A DNA stretch of 64,000 nt from Paragordius varius (Eukaryota; Animalia; Nematomorpha), in the NCBI GenBank assembly GCA_964247055.1, contig OZ176056.1, forward strand, positions 6,138,001-6,202,000, in the 5' to 3' direction. The translations under genes were made by a program, and so were the position numbers. Shown here piece after piece: positions 46,478 to 60,000 of this stretch. How positions within the stretch are numbered: the stretch's first letter is position 1; each line of letters begins with the position of its first letter. The notes beneath the pieces are model-generated. The model did no database searches, was not told the DNA's origin, and was given only the letters and a program-made list of their open reading frames with translations.

Positions 46478-49400
46478 CTAGCGTATATCTCGGGCTGCTG
46501 GACCTCTTGGGGTGAGGAGCAAATTTTTTCGCCTTTATACGCGATCTGCAATCCTATTCAATTTATTATGATCTCATATTTTTGACGAAAAAAGCCTCAA
46601 AAACATATTGTTGAGAGAGTTTAATAGTGAAGCCCCAAGCACACCAAATTTTAACAATTTTAACAAAAAAATGTTTATTCAGAAATGATCTTAGTATAAA
46701 AAACATAAGCAATTATTGGGAAACGTGCAAAAAAAGCTTTCTTTTTGACATCGGGTATGGTTTCTTAGATTCTTTGAAAATTAGGTCCAAAACCACGCCA
46801 TTTTTGTATGGCTTCCCAGTTTTAAACCTGTAGACTTCTACCCATAGACCTATACCATTTCCCAGTCCAAATCCCAATCAATCGAAACGTTTTCCCAGTC
46901 AATAACAACATTTTACCCATCAATAAAAACGTTTTTCCAGTCAATAAAAACGGTTTTATTTTTGATGATAAATATCAAAATAAGAATCTAAAAACAATTT
47001 TTAACCACTTTTAGCGTAATATATGGAGATAATTTTTAATTAAAAACACAATTATCGAATGACAATTTTTCCAAGTATATTCCAGTGCACACTCATTAAT
47101 GACTTATTCTTTAAATGTTATATTTTTTGGAATTTGAGTTAAGATAATATATTTTATTTTATCGATGGTTTGCATTGATATTTGCGGATAACTTAAAAAA
47201 TCTATAGTTACGGAGGAATATATAAAATTTATAAAAATATATCATTTTTATCACAAAGGTCATTTAACACTTTATATTGGATCTTAAACATAAATTTTAT
47301 GCTAATTATATAATATTTAACATTTGGTTTAGCGGGGGCCTAAGGCTGCCTTCCGAGTATCTTTGTGCGGGCCCCAAACAGTGGAAAACTATATGCAAAA
47401 ATATGCCCACAAAATCTTAGTATTCATATTTCTTACGCAATTATTCTGAACGAGTCTATTTAATTGGTACGAAATTTAAAAAATTGTTATATTGTGTTTG
47501 TATTTTACAGTCTTATCAATCGAAAATTATGAGAATGCCTGTATATATTTTGGGTGGGGAACCATGTGCTTTTTGATTTAAAAATGCGGCCTGCGAAGGC
47601 ATTTAGTTACACCCTTGTTTTAGTCAAATATCCTTTTTATTAAATATTTTTAAATCAAAAACGTTTATATAAAAAAATATTTTCGCTTAGATTTTTCTGA
47701 CAGTATTTTTATCGACAAACCGTACATATTTAAAAACTAATTGAAGCGTTCCGCAAATATTAATGCGAACCATCAATAAAATAAAAAATATTATCTTAAC
47801 TCAAATTCCAAAAATATAACATTTAAAGAATAAGTCATTAATGATTGTGCACTGGAATATACTTGGAAAAATTGTCATTCGATAATTGTGTTTTTAATTA
47901 AAAATTATCTCCATATATTACGCTAATAATGGTTAAAAGTTGTTTTTATATTCTTATTTTGATATTTATCATCAAAAATAAAACCGTTTTTATTGACTGG
48001 GAAAACGTTTTTAATGACTGGGGAAATGTTTCGATTGACTGGGAAAACGTTTCGATTGACTGGGAAAACGTTTCGATTGATTGGGAAAATGTTTCGATTG
48101 ACTGGAAAAAGTTTATTTAGACTGGGAAATGGTATATATGGAAAAAGCGCTGAGTTAAATTTGCGTTTATAGGAAATATTTGGGATTATCTTTGATACCA
48201 TCGTCTCATGGGTTTTTCGAAAAATACCTCAGCACTAACTAATCGTTATTGATGGAGTATTTTTAGGGCATAAGGCCTCAAATTAACGGCTAATAAAAAA
48301 CCCTGACCTTCTTTGCCTAGTTAGGGGTAATATTTGGAGCTTTTAATGAGCTCATATGGCTTCATAAAATTTCAGTAAGTTGGCTCCAAAACGCAATTGC
48401 TATATAGTGCGCAGTTTTTGGCGGGCAGCTCCTTACCCATGGCAGAACAAAAAAGCGTTGGGCAACATTTTTTCCTTTATATGGGGAATATCTGGAATTA
48501 TCATGGATTTATGTTCCTATTAGATTCATAGGTTTTCTGAAATTTACCAAAGGCATGCTGCATCTATATGGTGACGCAGTTGATGACGGGTAGCCTCCTA
48601 CCCAGAGTCCAATATAAAAAAGACATTCGATAAAAAAATTTAAATCATCATTTATTCCATATGTTCCTAATAGTTTTTGGAAGAATGGCTTAACTAAATA
48701 ATGTTCAATGATAGCCCATTTTTTAGTGCGTAAAGGGCCTAATTAACGGCTAATTTTAAAAAAACCGCTCGACATAAATTTTTGCCTTTTACCCGGTATT
48801 TTCAGGCCCATATTAAACTTATGTGGCCTGATAAGTTTTCTGAAAAAAACTCCTAAACAATGCAACTTCGATATATCGCTGCAGTTTTAGGCGGGTAGCT
48901 CCTTACCCAGTTGATAGAAAAAATCGCCTGTTAAAATTTTTTGTTTTTTACGGAGAATACCTGGAATCATGATTGATTCTATATGCTCTCATTAGTTTTT
49001 GGAATTGCTTCAAAATTTAAAAATCATTCTATGGTGCATTTTGGAGAGCGTGAAGGGCCTAATTAACGGCTAATTTTAAAAAACCGCACGGCCTAAATTT
49101 TTGCCTTGTACGGGTAATATTTTAAGCAGCTATTATACTCAAATGGCCTGATAGGTTTTCTGAAATTTAGCCCCAAAGGCACGCTATTTTATGACGCCGC
49201 AGTTTTTAGCGGGTATGTACCTCCTTACCCATCAGCTATCATCAAAGAAAAACTTGACTAAAATTTTTGACTTTTACAGGGAATACCTGGAATCCGTATT
49301 GAATTTTCACGGTTTTATATCTTGGGCTAAAAATAGATTCAAAAAACTATTCTTGTGCACTTATTTTTTGAAAAAATGGCATTTTACGGGGAGAGCGGGT

Positions 49401-49729
49401 AAAAAGAGGGCCTAAATTAAAAAAGCGAGCGGAGTATGTTCGCCGCAATCGAAAATAAGAAAAAAAAATCATATTTGAAATCGAATGGTTCAACAGGTTT
49501 TCCGGGATATTGTCTCAAAGACACGATTTTTGTGGACTTCTATTTTTTAAAAAAACCGTTTTTCTACACGGGTGGGCCCGACTGGGGCCCTAATTCAAAA
49601 AAGGGCGAAGCTATTGTCGGGGCATTCATTATTTTTTTATATTTTTTGATATTTGAATTTGAATGAGTTTACCGGTTTTCCGGAAACAGATCACAAATCC
49701 ACCCCTTTCCATTTTTATAAATATATAGA
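46478..49729 (-). mobile_element. Non-autonomous Helitron copy B, interrupted by foldback element 46853-48134
   Basis: Minus strand A|TCTATATATTTATAAAAAT ... TATACGCTAG|T. The monomer array is collinear with copy A. Confidence 0.85.
46853..48134. mobile_element. Foldback element F2: ~350-400-bp TIRs with terminal 21-bp arrays (GATTGACTGGGAAAACGTTTC), TA target duplication
   Basis: TA|TACCATTTCCCAGTC ... GACTGGGAAATGGTA|TA. The empty site GACCTATATG is present in Helitron A (~41849). The arms are highly similar. Confidence 0.9.
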
Positions 49730-49863
49730 TTTGCTTCATCACCTTTTGGATAGTTTATGGTCTCGAGGGATAAAAACTCTAACATTCTAAAAGTATTTAA
49801 GGTAACACCGCGTCAAAAATCGGGGGGTATAAAAAAACCTAATGAAATATATATATATATATT

Positions 49864-50959
49864 CTGATAGGAAAATGTTTCAGGATTATAATAACGCTTT
49901 TGGTTTTGGCCCTTACGAGTGATTTAAGAAAGTTATTTGCACTTTTGTTGTTAGTGCTCCATATTTAAGAGTAGTAATAAAATATTTTTGGTAAAAGCTA
50001 AATCCTTTATTTTAAAAATTATCACTTAAATATATCGTAAACTACCTATAAAAGCAAAACAATATTTTTAAATTTTTTTAATTTTTAAATAAGAGCTCTG
50101 AAAATTCCAAATTTTTTTCGCTTTTCTATTGTGGGCAGTTGTTTTAAAAACGAGAAATTCCGGTATTGCACGATAATTTAATACTACTAAATTTTGACAT
50201 CAAAAAAATAATTTTAAAAATTAGCGCACTTTTTTAAAAAAAAATATTTTTTGCAAAATGTTGTTGAAGCATACTTCATCTATATTTAGGCATGATAAAA
50301 ACGGTATAAAACATTTTTTAGATATTACAAAAAGACTTTTTCTATATTGACACTGCTAAACATTTCTATCACCTCAGAATTACGATTTAATTCGTTGGCC
50401 TTCAAAATCTAATATATTTTTTTATAAAATTTAAATTAAACTGAAATGAAGTGATAGATATGTTCACCATCAAATTATATAGAAAAAGGGTTTTTATGAT
50501 ATCTAAAAGCGTTTTTATACCGTATTCATCATGCCTAAAAATTTTCTAAAGTATGTTCAAAAATTTTTTTTACTAAAAACTAAACATTTATAAAAACTAT
50601 ATATTTTATTAAAAATATTATTTTTTGCCAAAATATAGAATATTTAAAAATTTATAACGCAATCCTGGCATTCCGTTTATTATCATTTTAAAAAGCGAAA
50701 GAGTTTGGGACTTCGGAACCCACTTCTAAAAATTAAAAGATTATAAATGTTTTGCTTTTTATAAGTAATTTATGATCTATTTTAGTAATTCTTTTGGAAT
50801 GAGACCTTTTAGTTTTCATCAAAAATATTTTATATCAAAAGGTGTGCTCAAATTTTGCCATTTTTAGTTATGGAGCTTAGCAAAAAAGTGTATAACTTTT
50901 TAATATCCCTCGTAAAAGTCAGAACCAAAAGCACCACGATAATCCACACACATTTTCTT

Positions 50960-50963
<4 letters not shown>
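49864..50963. mobile_element. ~1.1-kb palindromic element, family P, flanked by (TA)n
   Basis: The arms (~500 bp) are inverted from the termini (GATAGGAAAATG/CATTTTCTTATC) to the centre (TTAGGCATGAT/ATCATGCCTAA). Loop at ~50350-50460. Confidence 0.8.
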
Positions 50964-51002
<39 letters not shown>

Positions 51003-52274
51003 CAACAAGTTATTTTTTGGATTCAATGTAATGGATCAAATTTTAAAATATGCGACGCATGATTCAAAAAATTAAAAAAACGAAAAAATGTAAAACATGT
51101 CTCAAATATTTTCGCCGCCATTTTTTCCTCTTATATTATTTTATACCGCAAAATGTATATTATGGTTAGTAATAAAAAAATTAACAAACTTTAAAGCTAA
51201 ATGTTACTCGAAAAATACTTGATATTTATTTTAAATGCTAATCGTTTCAATCATATTTTGAGTTCTCCGAATTTTCGACTCAGAAGTTGGAAACTGTAAA
51301 AGTTTAACCTTTGTGATATATTTATAGGAAATAAATGTTTAATAATTAAATTTTAACCAAAACTATTCTCAAATTATTAGTTTATTTTCGAATTTAAACA
51401 TGGCTGTATTAACTACCTTATAATCGTTTACGAAAAATGAAAAGGGTAATAAAGCGTTTATGATTTGTGTTGGAAAGAAGCATTTAGCTTTCACCAATTT
51501 TATTTATTATGAGCGCCAATTTTGAAATTTTAACATGGAATTACAATCAAAGTGAAAATATTTTTCTGTTACATTTTTTTATCAAAATAAATATTCGAAA
51601 GGATATTCCTTATTACCGGATTTTGTACACAAGTAAGGCAAAATCGTATCGTTATAATGTTTTTGATATTTTGTCAAATAATAATATGTCCTTGTCGAAA
51701 AAAAATCAGAAAATATGTTATAAAAAATATTTTAATTTTTAAGGTTTTTTTCAACGTCAAACATTAATTGGATCCATATATATTTATATTATTATTATTA
51801 AACTAATCTAAGTTTAATATATATTAATTTTTTTGTTTTAAATTATAATAATTCATTCTGTGAAAAATATTTAACATAAATTTACAGCCCGTATAGCAAA
51901 CGCTATGTTTAACGGTAAAATTTTGTTTAAATTGTTTTATTAATCATATTTTGATTACCAATATTCCATATAAATAGACATGACAAATATGCGAATAGAA
52001 TATGAATAATTTTGATCATAGTATAAAAAAATTTAATGTTATGCCTGATGTGGAGGACATCGTTAGCCTAGCAAAAATCTTGCCAATAAATTTATAGAGG
52101 TCTTTATTTTTTTTAATAATACATCAAGGCTGATAAAAGGTTATATAATATATATACATTATACTTGCATAGAGCTATTATCAAAAAAAAATATTTATTT
52201 ATTTATTTGATGATAAAAAATGCTTTAATAAATTTTTAAATGTATATTCAAATATATATATATATATATATAAA

Positions 52275-55200
52275 TTAACACATAGCAAGCTTCTTCTTCA
52301 AAATGATCATAGGTGGAGTATTTTGATCCATACCCATTAGGTTAAATAGATTAACTTGATAGTTTGATATATTTGGTTCATTGTAAGTGCAATTAATTTT
52401 CACAACAAACGTATTTAAGTGATTAAAAATTTTATTTTCCCATTTATCCCAAACTTGTAAAGTAATTCCCTCATGAGTTTGTTTCAATATAAACTATAAA
52501 TATTTATACATAGAGTGTTAAATTTAATTTAAGATGGGCTCTCAAAATTTAAAAAAAATTTAGCGTTCAAAGTCTTATAACAAAAATAAATCAAAGCAAA
52601 AATAAATCCAAGAAAAGCTTAAAATGAGTTTTTTGGATATTACTTTGCTAAAAAACAAAAGATTTTTATTTTTTACATACGTTTGTTAATCTAGGAAACA
52701 CTTAAAATGGCTTATAATTACGATATTTGTTTAAAATAAATTATGTAATTTTGTATTATAAAAATGTTTAAATTATTTAAAAGGATCCAGGTATAAAGCT
52801 ATTTAAATTTTCAATTTGCTTATAATCACAGTTTAATAAAGAGATGTCAAACTTTTTTGCACATTTGACATTAAATAAACCACACCTTAAAATTTAAAGG
52901 GCTTAAAATATATTAATAAAATACTTTTTATATTTGTTTGGCTACGCATTCCAATTTGCAGCTTCCGTGTATTCGCATCATAATATTTTTATAAACTTAA
53001 AAAAGGCTTTTTCAAATTTTGGGAATTTTTGTTAAAGTTTTAAGGTTTTATTTTTTATTTTTACTTAACTAGGTTGGCTATGGTGAATTTATAGCGTTTT
53101 AGACTTTAACTAAAAAAGGTTATGCCCATTATACTGATAAAGCTGTTTTTTTAGATTTCTCGGCGCTTCTTTCATAATTTAATTCCGAAGGCCATCACAA
53201 TAAAATTGAGGCCCAAGCACTTTTAGGGGTTACCAGAAAACTGACACACATTTTAATATGTAAAATCTTGTGTAATTCATAATTATGATTCAATAAAAAA
53301 TAAAATCTTTCTAAATCCAAATTTGCCTGCTATTAAAGGCTATAGTATAAAAAGGGAGGATGGATGCCTTTGAGATATTAAATATTTATAAAGGAATAAC
53401 CATTATAAAAATAGTTTTTTTATAGTGATTATAATCTATATAGATAGTTACCCTAACAAAAACTACTTAAATAGTAATAATTCCTACTTCTAAAAAATAA
53501 ATTTGCAAGCTATATTTTCGATTTGAAAAATCGAGCGTGCGGCATTTAAAAAGACATGAACACGTAGGCACACATATATTATTTTTCAAACAAATTATTG
53601 TTAATTATCCCGCTGTCAAAATCAGATTTAAAATGTTATTTTTCTTTGAGTGCCGATCCAAGTGATAAATTTGATATAGAATAAAGAAATATTAAATTAA
53701 TTAACCTTATATTTAAAAATATAAAATTCGAAAATTTCTGGATAATGGCACAAAATTTTAATTGATTAGAGGCACGTTAACATGTCTAATGTATATACCT
53801 GCTCATTATTATTGAGATAATAACCAAACATATTTGATCCCGAAGTTTTTTTAAGAATGATTTGACACCTGCCGGTATACATGGGGTACGTGATGTTAAC
53901 TATAAACTTACATATATAATATATTGATTATTTACATAAAATTAAAAATTTATTTTGATAAGTTGCTAGAATTATCAATTATGTTAATTTTGGTTTGCCC
54001 GTTCTGCAATAATATCCCATATAATTATGTTGTAATAAATAAATGTACGAGAATATCATGGACCTTTTGATATAAGTCTACGAATAATAAAACTCGGACC
54101 TGAATTTTTATTAGTAAAAGCATATGTTTCATATCACAAAATGACTAAAAATATCTTTAACTACTTTAATAAGCCAAACCCCATAAGGTCTGAATAAGAA
54201 GTTAATATTGATACATTAATTATCTATATATTTATAAAAATAGAAAGTGGTGGCTTTGCGATCTTTTTTCCGGAAAACCGGCAGAACCATTCAAATCCAA
54301 ATGTCAAAAAGGTATAATTAATGAATGCCCCGATAGCTTTGCCCTTTTTATTAATGAGACCTTCTGCTCAGGCCCACCCCGTGTTAAAAACGAGTTTTTT
54401 TGAAAATCGTGTATTTAAGACAAACCCCCCCACCCCCTTCCCTCCCCGTAAAATGCCACTAATAATTTTTGAATCTATTTTTCGCCCAAAGTATGAGACC
54501 GTAAAAATTCAATAAATATTCCAGGTATTTCCTGTTAAAAGGCATAAATTTTAGTCAAGCGTTGTTGATGATAGCTCCTAGGTAAGAAGATACCAACTAA
54601 AAGATCCGTCATATGGAAATAGAGTACCTTTGGGGCTAAATTATACCTATCAGCCATGAGCTCAATAGCTGCTTAAAATATTACCCGTAACAGGGCAAAT
54701 TAGGCCACGCGGTTTTTTAAAATAGACCTTAATTAGGCCCTTCACGCTCTGATAAATTCGCCACCATAGAATGATTTTTTAGGCAATTTTTCCAAAAACT
54801 AATGGAGAATATGGAATCAATCATGATTCCAGGTATTCTAAAAAGGCAACAATTTTAATCAAGCATTTTTTTAAATCAGCCAATGTATAGGGAACTACCC
54901 GCCTAACTACAGCGCCACCATATCAAAATTGGGTTGTTTGAGAGTTAGTTTTTAGAAATCAGGCCATATTTTTTAAGGGCCTGAAATATTACACGTAAAA
55001 GGTAATAATTTAATCGACCAGATTTTTTAAAATAATGGTTAATTTGGCATACAAAATGTGTGGCTTTGGAGCTAATTTTCAAAAAACTTAAGAAGCCATA
55101 CAAGTTCAACAGAGGATCAAATATTATCAATTAAAAGGTTAAAATTATAGTGTACCGGTTTTTTCCTTCAGCCGTAAATTTGAGGCCTTTACATCAGTAA

Positions 55201-56333
55201 ACAATATATTAGAATGCACCGTTTTAAAATCCTATGAGATCATAGCTATTAAATAATGTTTCGATATAATCCACATACATATATGGATCATTTTATTGAT
55301 CCCTTTTTTCAAATATCACCCCCACCTCCCTAGAAGTCCCAGAGACTTCCTCAGCGCAGCAGCAATTTACGCTAGTAATTTTGTAAATTCGCCGTTTTTG
55401 TTATAATAATTTTTCAAAATGTTTAATTTATAATCGTGTAAAAAAATGGTTCATCATTTATCATGTCACCCAAAGTTTTAATTGGTTGTCCTTTTAAAAT
55501 TGTTTATTAAAAAAAGTTGGAAATATAATTTGAATTCAAATATGCAAAAAATATGTATGATTTTGTGGATCATTATGTTTAAAAATACCTTCGATGTTTG
55601 CAAAGATTTTTTATTTAATTAAAACCTATATAAAGCACATATAATTATAATTTCTGAAATTAAATCTAAGGCCAGGAATTACATTAAAAATAGCAAAGAG
55701 GCCTGATGGTATAAATTGTAACCAGGGCGGTTTAAAGTGAACATAATTAAGTTTGTGGAAAAAATTAAGGTTATATTAATTTATGCTATCAAAATCGGTT
55801 TTCGTTTTTTTGTTAATTTTGTAAACACTTTCATCACTAATCAAAATCCTACTTAAGTCCAATATCCACCTGTTTAAATTAGTAATGCCATATTATTTGA
55901 TATCTATAAATTTAACTAGATATTAATATCCATTAGCTTTTACAAATAACTGGAAAAGTATAAATCTTTTGTGCATAAATGATTTAAAGGATTTTTATCA
56001 ACCTATAATTTTGCTGTTTTGCACTCAGAGGCTAGAGGGAGCACCTTGCATAGTTGAAGGGGCGCTGGATTTTATTTTTTTATTTTTAAAAAAGGTGTGT
56101 AAAAGTTATTATTTTAGATATTACATAAAAAAACACATTTATAAGTGCTCAAGACCACGGTTTGAATTTGATTATTAATGACTAGGGTCGCATAGATCGG
56201 GAGGAAAAGAGCGCCATTACGGGGCAACAGAGGACGGAAATGCAAGCTACGCCTCTGGTTAAGCTACTTTTATTACCATGTTTTTTAGAATTTGTATTTT
56301 TATTAATTTGTGCCTTAATTATTGTACTGTATT

Positions 56334-56385
<52 letters not shown>

Positions 56386-59300
56386 CATATATGTATTCTA
56401 TCATCTATATAACATAGAATAACTCTATTATTATATTGTGTTTTTTTATAAAACATATATAATTTGGTATAGTTACGAAAGTATTAATATCCAAGATAAA
56501 TGACTCTAGAGGGGCAAAAAAATGGCCCGCTTCCTCCATATAACTAGGTACAAAGGTATAAACATGGCCTATGTCGGAGGAAATTAATTTGATTTCCGAA
56601 GGCAGGATCCACCAAAGAGTAAATAGATTATGTATATGTGGATGAAGCTTATATTGAATCAATTGCCATCTAAATTTTGTGTGATACAGTAAAAATTTGA
56701 AATACAGAGACCAAACGTAAAAAAAATGATTTTACAACACAACACCATACTTTTTTGCAACCTTAATTTATGACTGATTTTATTATTTATACTTTACAAT
56801 TAAAAATGAGTTATAACACAAAAATCTAATTTAAATAATGTGGTTTTTTGAAAAACATTTGTCTTTATGTTTTTACGTTTTTTTTATTTCAATTTTTATT
56901 TTAACACATATGTATATTGTAAAAGATATAAAAAGACATACTTGATGTGAGTTCTTCGGTTTATCATATTATAAATACCGGTTTGATTTACAATGTCACA
57001 AATTTTATCCGTATTCATATATACATCTAAAGTACAATGTAATTGAGGGACTTACCTTTATTCCAAGCCATAGTTTTTGCGGGATATGTTCCACCCATAA
57101 AATGACTATAGTTTGCTACAATTAATATTTTAGTAATCGAAAAAATTATATAATAAAATGAGCCAAAGATGTGTGAAATTGTCAAACAAAAAATATGAGG
57201 TTAGTTTTAGAAATATTTAGTAATTTTAATGTGAGAGGGTGGTTGGTAATTTCATAACTTAAAGTTTCTAAGATGCAAAATATTGAATGAATTACTAATA
57301 TATTTATTTTAAAATATATTATTGGTTCTGGTTTAAATAACACATTCGGAAAAATGGAACAAGAATTCTGGTTGAAATCTTTTTTTTAAATATAACCGTT
57401 CTTATTAACCCGTTATAAATTATACTTCATATATGAAAATTAAAACCATATAGAAATCAATTTCACTGCAAGATCTAATAATACCATTTGCAATTTAAAT
57501 TCACCGATCAATTCAAATTCGCCCTTAAACAAATCACCCTCTAACAATTCAAATTCAACCTAAAATGTATTATGTGTTTTTTAAGATTGAAATTTCCTAT
57601 ATTTTTTATATTTTTAAAAATGTTGTTTGAAATATTGAAAAAATAATGAACTATGCCATAAGATTTCTTATTATCATGAGTTATATTAGACCAAAAGCAG
57701 ATAATAATTTATTTTTAGGGTGAATTCGATTTGTTCGTGAGTGAATTTAAATTGTTCAAGGGTGGATTTAAACTGTTATTAGTAATACGACAGTTTATAA
57801 TGTTTATCATTAAGAATAATGCTGTTAATCTTTAATTTTACTTAATCAACAATAAAGTAATTATATCCCTGATTAAATTAAATAATGAGCGTTATATATA
57901 TATATATATATATATATTTAATAAACAAACTTTACGTATTATATCACATAAACCGATTATTTTATCAAAAAAAATTTATTCAGTTATCTTAGAAGACAAA
58001 GTATTCGCTTCTAGATTAATTGCAAAATAAAATTATTATATATGTACTTTGATGACATTCGTCAAAGACATAGTAGGCCTTCAATTCCCGTTCGCCTGAA
58101 AGTGGATCAACAGATAAATTTGATTGTTGAAACACGAAATGTGTTAAATGAGTTATCTCTGGGTGTGGCCAAAAATCAGTCCGTACATAAAATGTTTCAG
58201 AATCTATTTCTTTACTGTAAACCTCGTACATTTCAAATCGTTCATTTGGAAACTGAACAAATCTTAACTAATAAATACAATCATTATTGATAATAATCTT
58301 TGCTAAAAAAATGTAAAAATAAATGTGTTTAAAAATTCAAAAAGTTCTTTATTCAAAGGCTATTTTCTTATAATACAAACATATTACCAATTTTAACCGA
58401 AAAAAACTATTTTTGTAGATTTCCATCTATTTTTATGTATTATATTATATTTAATTTTTTTTATAAATTTAAAACGTAGGATCCTGCTAATTGGATGAAT
58501 ATAGCACAATGAAAAATAATTTTTTAATAATTTTGGGTAACTTTTAAGTCATTTCATTTGGAATGACGTTATATATTATATATTATTTAAAAATAGTTTT
58601 TGACAAATTAATTCTAGTTGTCAAATCAAAAAATATTTTTTTTTTCGATTTCTGCTTTGTTGTTTTTGAAGTCTTATTAAATATATGGTATATGGTATAA
58701 AAATGCAAACATTTATCTTAATTTTGCATGAATTTCCAAAATATAATGGTTTTTATTTAAATTATTTTTAAGGAACAAGGCAAACATTATATCAAAATAG
58801 GTCCAATCTTTTTTTAACTATTTCAAACCCCAAATATTATATATAATATATTTTAAAAAAATAGTTACTAATAAATTTGAATATTACTTTACGTAACCGT
58901 CCACCATGTATTGCATGATGTTTATAAAAATCAATCATATTTAAACACGTATTGGGTAAGGGTAATGGGCCAAATAGTTCAGTTAATGCATTATGGCCAT
59001 TTCGCCCACACACACGAATCAATCTTTCTACCGGCTCCTCGATATCGACTATAACCTATACATGTATTTTAGTAAAAAATATATCTATGTTTGAAACAAG
59101 GGTGTATCCAACAACCAGCCTTTTGAGAAAGTATATATGCAGCCCCAAAAAAATGTGGACATTCTTAATTTGCAAAATTTATTGAAATTGGTATGTTCCT
59201 TAAGCAAATTTTATAATAAAGCCTACCCAAATGACAACGATATAGAAAAAAAATGCTATATTGTGTTTACATATTATCGTGTAATGTTAGAAAATTTTAT

Positions 59301-59587
59301 AAAATATTGTTAATCTTTATGCCTACTTCAAATGTGGCCCGCGAAGTCCGTTGTGTTTACACTCTCATTTAATATAAAAAATGATAAAATTGTATATTTT
59401 TACTTTGGCATTGCATCTTTGAGCATTTGTTTGATAAATGAGTCGATATCTTTCATGAATTAAATATTGATAATATTGAGTCTCATTAGTTGTATGTAAA
59501 GTTGGTGCAATGTCGAGTTTTTTTAGTTCCATATTCCACCATATACTCTGATTATCCCTTACTATGGCGAAACTAATGGGTCTTTGA
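52275..59587 (-). CDS. Uncharacterised orphan gene G2, paralog of G1, at least 412 aa, 5' end unresolved. Exons: 59587-59404, 59055-58888, 58267-58048, 57115-57056, 57026-56942, 56669-56477, 53906-53799, 52493-52275
   Basis: GT-AG exons in consistent phase. Three exons are identical in length to their G1 counterparts (168, 60 and 85 nt). Shared motifs: S-I-W-W-N, VCGRNG.NAL.E.F, LRFVQ, NITYP.YTG.CQI and KINCTYNEPN.SNYQVNLFN. Confidence 0.8.
54223..55375 (+). mobile_element. Non-autonomous Helitron copy C (short array)
   Basis: A|TCTATATATTTATAAAAATAG ... TTTACGCTAG|T: canonical 5'-TC and CTAG-3' ends between A and T, no TSD. Confidence 0.88.
56687..56900. mobile_element. MITE family M copy in a G2 intron
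   Basis: TA|CAGTAAAAATTTGAAAT...CAAACGT; the right end is degenerate. Confidence 0.65.
57482..57780. mobile_element. MITE family F1 copy
   Basis: Starts TACCATTTG; inverted 21-bp arrays; core shared with 14012-14310. Confidence 0.75.
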
Positions 59588-60000
59588 CTTTTTTACAGAT
59601 AGAAATAATATTAAATTATAAAATATATATATATTGAAAACTTGTTTATTATAAAATATAAACTTTTAAAAGAAAACTTATAAATATACTTTGCTGGAAT
59701 GTGAATCCAATCAGCTCTAGTTTTGTTCATACAACATTCTATGTGATAAAATTTTAATTAACGGATATTGGTTTAATTTGGTTTTCCAACAATAATTTTA
59801 CCTTATTTTATATAAATATTTGATGACAGAGCGGCTTAAACTTATTATTATATTTAAAACCTTATCTTTAACAATCCAAATGTTTGGCTGCTCAGTTGTG
59901 ATTCTGTTTGCATTTAATCATTCCATAATATCGCCATTGTTTAAAATTCAAAAAAAAATAAATAGCATCGCAAAAATTTTGATAGGAATTGGTTATATTA

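Noticed and set aside
47923-48201. ORFs with IDWENVS / FPVNRN repeats
   Set aside because: They are translations of the 21-bp TIR array of foldback F2, not proteins.
58016-58231. AYYVFDECH resembling a DExH helicase motif
   Set aside because: The paralogous G1 exon reads AYLVVKECT, and no Walker A motif is present.
58042-58290. Plus-strand 82-aa ORF
   Set aside because: It is the antisense shadow of the G2 exon 58267-58048.
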